The notes under the pieces were generated by a model. It saw only the letters and a program-made list of their open reading frames with translations, did no database searches and had not been told where the DNA came from. Of a DNA stretch of 64,000 bases, positions 13,655 through 24,230 are shown one piece after another (positions within the stretch are counted from its first letter, which is position 1; the number at the start of each line of letters is the position of its first letter). Both the position numbers and the translations under genes were made by a program. The DNA is from Antedon mediterranea (lineage: Eukaryota; Animalia; Echinodermata): the NCBI RefSeq assembly GCF_964355755.1, contig NC_092675.1:29236912-29300911 (forward strand). The letters are read 5' to 3'.

Positions 13655-13905
13655 GGAGTTGTGGCTTGGTGGTTATGATGCTTGGCTACCATTCCAAGGG
13701 TCCTGGGTTCAAGTCCCGTCACATGTAAGGATTTTTTCTAAGGACCAAATTACAACTCCACTCCCAAAGACTTGTAATAAGACTTTGTTTATGTAGAGCA
13801 TCTTGTGTATATATTTGTCTTGTGAACCTCTGAGGGTCCCTAATGATCAGCATTAGCGGGATGGATCACCCTCATTAAATATGGTTTTTAAAAAAAATAA
13901 AAAAA
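13655..13905 (+). mobile_element. tRNA-derived SINE just upstream of the ShK-2 promoter
   Basis: A box tggcttggtgg, B box ggttcaagtcc and an A-rich tail. Related decayed copies on the minus strand at ~45270-45380 and ~61795-61920. Confidence 0.65.
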
Positions 13906-14052
13906 ATAACGATATTATCATTTTGTTACACAATTTACACCAGCACCTTTATATAATATAAGTAGACGTAATATCGGGCGAACTGACTATTCTTAGGGAC
14001 ACAAGCTTCTCAGCAAGACAGGTAAAGAAATACATCAGACTAGAACTACATC

Positions 14053-15498
14053 ATGGACAAAGTTGCCGCCATCAGTATTCTTGTAGCTGTTCTTATTATT
14101 GGTGTTGTTTTACCAGTGAGTATCCATTACGAATGTGAATGGCATCTTTCTATTATTACTTCTTGTTTTCTTTTATTTGCAAGTAGGTCCTACAAGATAT
14201 TTAGTTAGTATATTTACCAAGTATTTCGCTCAGTTTCTGAGCCCTAATTGATTGGTTTAAAATCATAATCGAAACTTATCTTTTGACAGTAGAACATTTT
14301 TGTTTAAAGTTTAGTGTAGTAAAGAAATTTGTGCCAAACCCGTGGAAACCATTTTCTTGGTTGATATATGAAATATTGTGTCTCTTATTTGTAGTTAAAA
14401 GTTTATTGACAATCACACTTAATCATGAAACAAGTAACATATATTTAGTAGATACAATAATCATTGTATAAGATGTATAAGGTTACTATATTAAACTAAA
14501 TAACTTACTGATACGATTTATTATTGGACTGATGGTCTGTATTCTTAATTTTTGTGTTGCCGAATTAGGTTGAGAGGTCAGTTGTGAGTGGTAAGTATTG
14601 GTAGTTTTTCTTAAATAATCTCCATTTTAAAAATCAATACTACAGGCATACAATGTAAGAGATTTGAATAAACCTTTATAATTTAAATTAACCCGATACG
14701 ATCTTAAGAACAAACTTTGTATTAAACAATAAGGCATATAATAACAACAATAGGCATATAATCGAAATACCGTATTGCTCAAAATAGTGTTTTTAATTTT
14801 AGTTTAAAATTAGAAATGTTTGTGGTCGATTAACATAATTTCTAACGTTACCAAAATAACAATTACAAGATACAAAATAAATATTTAAGTAGAAATGTTA
14901 ACAAGTTCAAGTAAGACGTGTCATGAATCAAGGAAACAGAATCCAAATTAATTTTCCAATTTTAAGTTTATTTTCTGTCTTCAAACTCAGCCAATTTAGC
15001 GGAAGGCTACGATAGATGTCAAATCATATAATTTATTTTGACAAATTTCAAATACAGTACAATGACATAGAAACAGCAAAAAAGTAAATCAATGAGGCAG
15101 GATCACCTAAAAGTCATAAATAGAAATAACCATCAAGAGGCTTTCCACATAGAAATACTTACATAAAATGAACAACACATAAAATATAATTTTAAGATAC
15201 AACGTTGAAATTCTGCAATTGCATTTACATATTATTATATTATTAATTTACATAGAGCTAAACAAATACCTTTAAAATATTTTTGAATACCGTATAAAGC
15301 TGGGTAGGAAAGAGAACTTTTGACTTCGTGTTGGTTTCAGTGCAATTTTTTTTTCTTATCATTAACCGCCATCAACGAATTACAGCTGAAGAGGATTGCC
15401 AAGACTTTAGAGATGATTGCCGCTCATTCAAAGGTTGTAACGACCAGTCGTCTGCCCCAGCGTCCATGGGATGCATGAAGACAAGTTGAATGAAGTGT
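14053..15498 (+). pseudogene. ShK-2: ShKT peptide gene with Cys5->Ser and an in-frame TGA; exons 14053-14115, 14569-14590, 15386-15489 (stop)
   Basis: MDKVAAISILVAVLIIGVVLP|VERSVVS|AEEDCQDFRDDCRSFKGCNDQSSAPASMGCMKTS*MKC. Splice sites and TATA box (13941-13955) are intact. The tail aligns with CKKTCQMVC of ShK-5. Confidence 0.72.
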
Positions 15499-16209
15499 AA
15501 GTTGATCATATCATTGAAAAAAAAGAAGTTTTTACTTGTGAGTCAATTTGGAAGCTTGTATCAAAACCTTACACAAAATACTCTAAAATTACTCAAGACC
15601 AGTTTTAATTCACTTCAGTTCTCCTTTAAAATATTTTGCACATTTTGGCTCTGAATAATTCCCAGCTTCTAACGTCTAATCTGAGTTGCATCACAGCCGC
15701 AAAACTAGGGAGTTTACACATACAACGCACACTATGAAACAAGGCCATCTACATGGCTGCAGTCGCGTTCTCAAGTTAGTGTTTACCGACCAACCGACCG
15801 ACCAAACGACCGACATAATGAGCTGTAGAGTGGCGTTGCACGCGACTTAAAACGTGTGTAAACTCCGATGTCTTGATAAGCGATGTGAAAGATGTATTTA
15901 TAAAAAAATATATAAAAGCTTAAATTTAAGGACATTTTTTGTACAATATTAATGACATTTCCTTTCGTTTTAACAGGATGTACTAATTGCAAACGTTGCT
16001 GAATATCAATTTATAATTCTTTCGCCAACTCGTTGGATAGTTAGATCAGTTGTAACAATTATTGATTATCATGCATTAAAATATATGTAAAATTGAACTC
16101 TTTTACGTGTTTTCTTGTTTTAAATTAATATAATTTGTTACCTTTGTTAAGCTGTTAAGATGGTGGCGACGCGACATCTCTTTATGACGATGAAGTTTAT
16201 TAATGTTAA

Positions 16210-16515
16210 GGATGATAATGATGATGATGATGAAAATGAAGATGATAATAATAATGAAGATGATGATGATTATAATGATGATGATAATGATGATGATGAT
16301 AATTATGATAATGACGACAATGATGATGATGACAATGATGATGATTATAATGATGATAATAATGATGATGATGATTATAATGATGATGATAATAATGATG
16401 ATGATGATGATAACGATGATGATAACGATGATGATAACGATGATGATGATGACAATGACGATGATAACGATGATGATAATGATAACGATGATAATGCTGC
16501 TGCTGCTGCTGATGC

Positions 16516-16556
<41 letters not shown>

Positions 16557-16597
16557 ATGATGACGATGACGATGACGATGACGATGTTGATGATGAC
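16210..16597. repeat. Compound trinucleotide microsatellite (GAT/AAT/GAC, GCT)n
   Basis: Directly visible; produces spurious poly-D, poly-M and poly-S ORFs. Confidence 0.95.
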
Positions 16598-17653
16598 TTT
16601 TTGATGTTGAGAATGACGGAGGAGGAGGATAGGTGATGGATACTGGACACGATAGTGAGGGTAGTGTTGTGTTTCTGAGGAGGGAGAAGTTTTTTAATGA
16701 CGTAATTTAAGGTTCTCAATGAATGATTGGTTAGTGATGATGTGAAGGAGTATCTGCAAAGTACGTTTATGTCTCAATACATTATGCCGCTATGTCTACG
16801 TCATCTCCGTTCCCCGACTGTAAAAAGGTTGTAAATCCGACTTACTGCGGAACCGACAGTAGAACTAATAGACACTTAGAATTATGTGATTTGAGCTTAG
16901 TGGAATATAATGATTTGAGTGCGGCGTTCATAATCATTAATATCATCATTAATGGCATTGTTTGAAAGTTCAACTAATGGTCGACAGCGATAAACATTTT
17001 CGTCTAATATTTAGAATTTACTTTTGTTATGTAGGCTACAGTGAGCAAGTTATGCATGTATTATATTAAAACACGCAATGTGACGATAGTCGTCCCAATC
17101 ACGAGTCATACAATTATATTACGCACCACCAAAAGTACACGCCTTAAACTCGGATGACCCAAAAAAGATCAAATGTCCGTAATTTTATTACGTGTTGGTT
17201 ACGACCTAATTACGTAGAAGAATAAGCCGTGTCGAAAGTTGAACTCGTATAATAATCGTGTATGGAACACCACTGGATGTGTCTTTATTCTGTTATTCCA
17301 AGCACAATAAATTGTGGCGAAAGGGTCAAACTTAAGTGTCCAAATCTCATTAAAGTTAGCAAATAGTCGTTTTAAACGATAAATGGGCATCATCTAATGT
17401 GTTTCGTACACAATCAACGGCTTAACTAAAATTAGACACAATTGCTTGTAACCCCTTTAAGTGCTAGTTTTAAAATATGAGGTTTTATATTTGACCACTT
17501 AAAGTACAAGTAGATAATGTGATTAGGGCATATTACCTATTATTGCAACATATATGCAGTCACCATAAATATAAAAGTTCAGTTAAAATCCACTAAAACG
17601 ATTATTGAGTTTGTAACAGTCACTACCGCTCCGACAAACAATTTTCTACCAGA

Positions 17654-20600
17654 ATGTCTGCAACATTATACACTATACTTCTTATCGTTGCTTCGGCTTG
17701 CATAACATTTAAGGTATACTTTTATATTATTTATTTTAATTTCTTTGCACTGTATCTACCAATACGGTATTATTTTATGCTCCTAGATAAACTGTTGTTA
17801 GTGCCATGAATCGGCCGGCTGACAATCTAATGTTGGTGAATTATTCTATAAAGTAGGCATATAGGCCTATAATGATCAATTGTCATCATATTTGCTAAAG
17901 ATCCTTTTTATTTCCAAGAAAAACTATAAGTAAATTAATTCATGTAGTTTCATATTCAAGAAAAGTATTTTAATATCTATTATACCTTTGATGATGTCAG
18001 TTTTCACGAACGCTTGATGATGTTCATTAATCAACAAATTAGAATGGCAAACCATTCAACAAAATAACAGCTTGGGTGTATTTTGTCGTCTGAATTTCTC
18101 CATAATTTGCATACCAGCTGAATGGTGGCGCTTTTATTTGTAACGGAACGCATTTCTTAAGCTTGGTTCCCACTAGAACGTAACGCAAGGACGTAAAGGC
18201 AACGCAAGCGTTTTAACCAATGACCAGCGAAGTTATAAACGTGACGCAAGGGCGTTCATTCAAGCGTAAGATAAAAAATCCCGGTTTCCTGTAAAATCGG
18301 AAGACAACGTCGTAACGCAACAATTGGTAGGTCATCGGTTTCCTGTAAAATCGTTTGTCGTTACCATTTTTCTTACGTTGCGTCGATTTTATAAATTTTT
18401 GATCGTAATCGGTTTCCTGTAAAATCTGCATTTGTTACGTCAAATCGACGTAGTCGCAACAAAAGTGATATTCTTACGTCGACAGGAAACCAGCCTTTAG
18501 CAATCACAAGCGAATAAGCCATCGCTTGTGATTGGTTAATTCACTTGCGTTGCGTTACGTCCTTGCGTTACGTTCTAGTGGGAACCAAGCTTTACCTTGT
18601 TTTCAAGGAAGTGGCATATATGGAATAATACGGTGGTGTTACATCCCCTACTTGTAAATTTAATTATAATATTGAATTAATAATACAACTATATTGATAT
18701 GTTGCTATTGTATTCATTCTTTCATCTTTTATCCATTCATACTCGATGTTATCTGTGAACAGTCCACGGCAGCTATTCCCTCAGAAGGTAAGTCAAACAT
18801 GTAAATTACCTCATTTGCATACAGCGGCGATGCACAGTAAAAATTAAACTTAAATCAGAAATACAGTAGTAGTAATTGCAGTGTAAATCGTAGTTGTTCA
18901 ATTCATTGTGACCTTACTTGACATTGGTTGTATTGGAAAGAGTTTAATTTCTGTCTCAATTAATAATTTTAAATGTGGTTCCCACTCGAACGCAACGACG
19001 TATTGACGCAAAATGATGTATTGCGTAATCACAAGTGGGAACCGACGACGCAACAGTGCTGCAAACATCGCAAGTTTGATTTCACGCAGGCGGGGGCAAA
19101 CACAATATCGGAAGGGCATTTTCTTACGTTGCGTAGGTTTCGTCGCTACCACGCTTAAAAATCAAACTTAAATCAGAAATACAGTAGTAATTGCAGTATA
19201 AATCGTAGTTGTTCAATTCATTGTGACCTTACTTGACATTGGTTGTATTGGAAAGAATTAAATTTCTGTTTCAGTTAATAATTTTAAACGCGCATTCACA
19301 CACAACAAATACGAGTTTACCCTTCGTTTTTGATATTCAAAATATCGCTTCTCTCTGACGGAATAATCGTAATGACAAATTTTGAAACAAGATTTGAAAT
19401 TATGTAGCCTGCATTTAGAAGTTTTATCCAATTATTAAGCTGTAATATTTAAGGTAAAACACACTTAGCGAACTACTCAGAAACTGCTAATGGCATCAAC
19501 CCAACTTATAAGCAATTACTGCTTAGGCTTAGATTTTATGACAGGTAACCAGGCGCCGTGAACGGCACGGTTGAATTTGTTTCATCCACTATGCTATTAT
19601 ATCCATCAAAATAGGTACTTAATAAAAAAAAAAGTTATTAGGTTGAGACAATGAAACTAAAACACGGCTATAAAATTCGGTTCGATAAAATAGTTTAAAT
19701 GCGCGCGTACAGAAAGATCGACAACACACCATTTCTCTTTAAATTTCTTGTCACTCAATACTGAATATTATTAAAATCAACCTGGAAATGAGATGAGGTA
19801 GGGGTACGTTTGGAGATGGATTATCAATTGAAATGTCCTTTTCTGGCTGTGTATCGCACCGGTGTGTATCGCTATACTCTCTCTATTATTGAAAGTATTT
19901 GGATAGAGGTTTGTATTAAGGCCAACTCAGACTGTGTCGTACGACGAGGCCCGATGACATCTTGACTCGTCGGTGCTAACTTTAAACATGTTTAATTTTC
20001 CCCTCGTCGTATGACGCTGTCGGAGTTGGCCTTGTCTGGGTTCTAGAACTTTATACTAGTAAAAAGATAAATATTTTGGCACATGGCGTTTCATACGTAT
20101 ACTACTTGAGCTCGAATTTGAGGCCCGATTTCAGGTTCAGAAAAACATTGAAATAACTACAGACTTGGGCAAGTCTAGGGTTGGCCTTTAATCAACAGTA
20201 TTTCTAGTTCTCAGTTATCAGTAGACCTAATTCTATTCTATATTCTAGTTTCACCTAAGCCTGAGGTATGTGAAGACAAAGACCCAGACTGTCCATTTTA
20301 TGCGGAGATCTGTGATGAGTCTTACATTGTACCGTTTGTAAGTGAACAATGTCAAAAGACGTGCGGTTACTGTATTCCTACAGGTAAAAATCAGTTTTAT
20401 GTAGTTTATAGGTTCATGGTCTGGATACAAACGTTCACAAATAGGAGGCAATTATATTCAATTCTTCATTGATTCTCACCTGCGTTACAGTATTGTCATA
20501 TTTTGTCAGAAAACAAGTAAAACACAGAACAAAAACAAAATATAAAGCTGTAACGCAACGCCAGGACGTATGTAAGTAATTTCACCAATCACGACACGCG

Positions 20601-21527
20601 ATGGGATCATCCATCCAAACTGTCGAATGTGATTGATTGATTGCGTCTACATCATTGCGTCCACGTCGTTGCGTCCACGTCGTTGCTTCTACGTCGTTGC
20701 GTCCACGTCGTTGCGTTGCTTCTACGTCATTGCGTCCACGTCGTTGCGTTGCTTCCTCGTCATTGCGTCCACGTCGTTGCGTTGCGTCTACATCGTTGCG
20801 TCTACGTCGTTGCGTTGCTTCTACGTCGTTGCGTTGCTTCTACGTCGTTGCGTCCACGTCGTTGCGTTGCTTCTACGTCGTTGCGTTGCTTCTACGTCGT
20901 TGCGTCCACGTCGTTGCGTTGCTTCTACGTCGTTGCGTCCACGTCGTTGCGTTGCTTCTACGTCGTTGCGTCCACGTCGTTGCGTTGCTTCTACGTCGTT
21001 GCGTCCACGTCGTTGCGTTGCTTCTACGTCGTTGCCTCCACGTCGTTGCGTTGCTTCTACGTCGTTGCGTCCACATCGTTGCGTTGCTTCTACATCGTTG
21101 CGTCCACGTCGTTGCGTTGCTTCTACATCGTTGCGTCCACGTCGTTGCGTTGCTTCTACATCGTTGCGTCCACGTCGTTGCGTTGCTTCTACATCGTTGC
21201 GTCCACGTCGTTGCGTTGCTTCTACATCGTTGCGTCCACGTCGTTGCGTCCACGTCGTTGCGTCCACGTCGTTGCGTCCATCCAAAGTAGAAACCAAGCA
21301 TTGATACAAACATACACGATAATTTATCCCAATTAAGCAGATATTTTAGAGTTGTGCTCATTATTCTTTTCTTCTCAGATGTCCAAGAATGTAGCGACGC
21401 GGACTCGGACTGCCCTGGCAAGTCTTACACATGCAATATCAAATCTTATAACTCTTACAATGAGATCATGTGCAGAAAAACATGTGGATATTGTACTTAT
21501 GAGCTTGATAATAATGACGTCATATAA
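17654..21527 (+). CDS. ShK-3: secreted two-ShKT-domain peptide, 122 aa; exons 17654-17713, 18763-18787, 20249-20383, 21379-21527
   Basis: MSATLYTILLIVASACITFK|STAAIPSE|VSPKPEVCEDKDPDCPFYAEICDESYIVPFVSEQCQKTCGYCIPT|DVQECSDADSDCPGKSYTCNIKSYNSYNEIMCRKTCGYCTYELDNNDVI*. Two complete six-Cys ShKT motifs, intron phases 0, 1, 1, and TATAAAAG at 17570. Confidence 0.88.
18160..18591. mobile_element. Family-1 Harbinger-type MITE (TIR AGCTTGGTTCCCACTAG) with a nested second element
   Basis: TTA target-site duplication on both sides. The internal ~18250-18497 segment carries cggtttcctgtaaaatc three times and ends in caggaaaccagcct. Confidence 0.8.
18845..19287 (+). repeat. ~125 bp direct duplication (18845-18972 / 19162-19287) flanking a family-1 MITE (18972-19155)
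   Basis: aaacttaaatcagaaatacagtagta...taataattttaaa occurs on both sides of the MITE. Confidence 0.85.
20640..21280. repeat. CpG-rich minisatellite (~33 bp unit cgtcgttgcgtccacgtcgttgcgttgcttcta) inside a family-1 MITE (20545-21301)
   Basis: The array is bracketed by the MITE left part (aacgcaacgccaggacgta...ccaatcac) and a decayed right TIR (agtagaaaccaagc). It lies in ShK-3 intron 3. Confidence 0.9.
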
Positions 21528-21986
21528 GACTGTCAGATTGTTGATAGTATCTGTTTAATATCGTATAGGTCTATTTTCCATTTTAAAACTAAACCTTAGT
21601 TCCCACTAGAACGTAACGGACTTAACCGCAACGCAAGCGTGTTAACCAAATAACAAGCGAGAGTTATATTACAGTTAATAATACATCGCTTGTGATTGGT
21701 CAATTCACTTGCGTCACGTCGTTGTGTTGCGTCTCTAGTGGGAACCAAGCATAATTTAGATATTGTAAACAGTTAAAAATGTAAAGAAAAATCTATAAGG
21801 TTATAACCCTGTTTTGTTGGATACATGTAAAAAAAAAGTTGTTATGTCGTAATTATTTATTTTATTTTATCGTTTATGCATTGAATACTTTCTATGGTAT
21901 GTACTGTAGCGCGGTACAAAAGCTGATAAATCGTTGTTTTCCACTTACCACAAGTGAGTGGGAACTAAGATTTACATTATGTGAAG

Positions 21987-22349
21987 ATCGATTGGCTACA
22001 TTATATCGATTGGCTACATTATATCGATTGGCTAAATTATATCGATTGGCTAAATTATATCGATTGGCTAAATTATATCGATTGGCTACATTATATCGAT
22101 TGGCTAAATTATATCGATTGGCTAAATTATATCGATTGGCTACATTATATCGATTGGCTACATTATATCGATTGGCTACATTATATCGATTGGCTACATT
22201 ATATCGATTGGCTACATTATATCGATTGGCTACATTATATCGATTGGCTACATTATATCGATTGGCTACATTATATCGATTGGCTACATTCTATCGATTG
22301 GCTACATTATATCGATTGGCTACATTATATCGATTGGCTACATTATATC
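21987..22349. repeat. Minisatellite, ~20 x 18 bp (atcgattggctacattat)
   Basis: Directly visible and nearly homogeneous (cat/aat variant). Confidence 0.95.
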
Positions 22350-24230
22350 TGACCAAATTTCTTCTGCCTTGTGTGTATAACTATGTAGTTTTGTTTTAAT
22401 TGTTTATTAAATAAAAATATCAAATAGATGTGATTTTAAATGTAATATTTATTTATCTGCATCGTCTTTTTCGTATCAACAAACTCGTCATTCTCTCCTC
22501 CTGGATTTACTGCTTTAAATATGATTTAGTACATCAGAAAGAATGGCAATTTAATTAATCATATCAAAATAAAATTAGGGGGATACTTTTCTTCTACGTA
22601 CCTGAGGAAATAAGATTAAACCTACTATGTGTAGTATGTACTTTTTAATAAGGCAGCGTTATGATATGTACAATACACTCTTTTATTTATTTTTTTTCAT
22701 TTATTTATTTAATCAAAATCACATAAAACAAGTACACATTACCTACATTTCATTGTATTTATATGCAATTTTATTTTATTAACAAACTAATTTAACATTA
22801 TGTTATTATTATCATGTATGTTATTGTAGAAGGAAATTGAAACCCTCGGGTCCGCGAAAGTGTCCAACCTACATTATCTGAGCATTGCGATTCCATTTCA
22901 TTAATGTTTTTGTATACTGTCAGCAACTTGTTAGGTGTATGATTTAAATTCATATAAAAAATATAGAAACACAGAAATAGTTTCTATCACCTCGTTTTTT
23001 TCTACTGAAAGCCGAATCAGTTCAATTATTGTACCACCTCATTATAGTTTTCAAGTGTTAATGTGTAATTCACTCTTCACTTTATATTCTAATCTAGATG
23101 TAAATATATCTATTACCATATTTGTCATTTAAGCACCTCCAGGAAACAATTTATTATCTTGTAATGCAAACCCCGATAATACATAATTGTCATCGTCATC
23201 GTCAGCATCCGTATCATTTTCATCCTAAACACAGTCAGCAATATCGGTATCCATTTTTTCAGACAGAATTAACTTTTAGTATACAATACAAGTGGCGTTT
23301 GAGTGACCAAAACCACCCGATACTCGTATTAATGTCTAAAGACAATAATTACGGAAACATACACTTTCTTATCTGTTGACTACTAACTTTTCTCCCTCTA
23401 TATACTATACATCACCAAATCACAATTATATTCTTTTAAACAGAACTTTTCATATGCGGACCTAGATACACATGCTTACTCAAAGACGTACTGAGTGGCG
23501 AACACAACTGAGACGCGCAATGTCTAATTAAATGACGATTAGCGTTGAACAGAACTACAATTATAGTTGTAGTGAGTACCGTAGGTTTAGGTGGTAAACA
23601 AAAAACAAATTTCTACACCTAATTATTATTTGATTTTTATTTATTTGCAACTCAATTAAAAGGACAAATATAACATACAAATAACCAATGAATTATTATT
23701 CACACAGACGACAAAAACATTTGATTTGACAAACAAACTACGACAGCTGGCAGGCAATTACTTTAACATCAGCAACATTCTCAATTTTTGGCGCGAAACA
23801 AATAATTTAATGTTATGTGAAGCAAATACTGGAAAAGGTCTTGTTTTCAGGGCCACATCATAAGAGGCTCAACTCTGTTGAGAAAAATAATAACACAATT
23901 TTAAACTAAAATTACTTTTTTCACACATTTTTAAAGATTTATCTTTCAATGTTGTTATACGGTACTCGTGTTTTTTGTTGTTGCTCAATGATTTTGTTTA
24001 TTTATGGGGTACCTTGTTTCAACCCAAGTTCTTTAAGTATAATTGTTTTGTTCATTTTGAAATGAATAACTCAAAATGAAATGATTACATTGACAACATA
24101 ATCTTTTATTGTCTCGAAGTTTTTTTAGAAGACGATTGAGGCCATTTCCAAGCTCTCTCATATTTCTAACCGGTCTAACCGTGTATTTACTCTTGTTTAT
24201 TTCAAACGTTCAAACAATAATAAAATGAAC

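Noticed and set aside
16160-16719. Poly-Asp, poly-Met and poly-Ser ORFs (possible acidic biomineralisation protein)
   Set aside because: Open in several frames because it is a trinucleotide microsatellite; no signal peptide or convincing splice link to a gene.
20633-21421. Cys/Arg-rich 160-230 aa ORFs in five frames
   Set aside because: Products of the 33-bp minisatellite in ShK-3 intron 3.
21839-22399. Repetitive ORFs (LYRLAT)n / (IDWLHY)n and a CRISPR-like appearance
   Set aside because: Head-to-tail 18-bp units with no unique spacers, no cas genes, and a eukaryotic context.
22850-23260. Acidic coding-like stretch on the minus strand (MDTDIADCV*DENDTDADDDDDNY...)
   Set aside because: Several stops and no recognisable family; it overlaps the probable ShK-4 3'UTR.
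11503-23381. Identical 18-mer tttcttatctgttgacta at ~11503 and ~23364
   Set aside because: Short, and not in equivalent position or orientation relative to the ShK genes; probably a repeat remnant.
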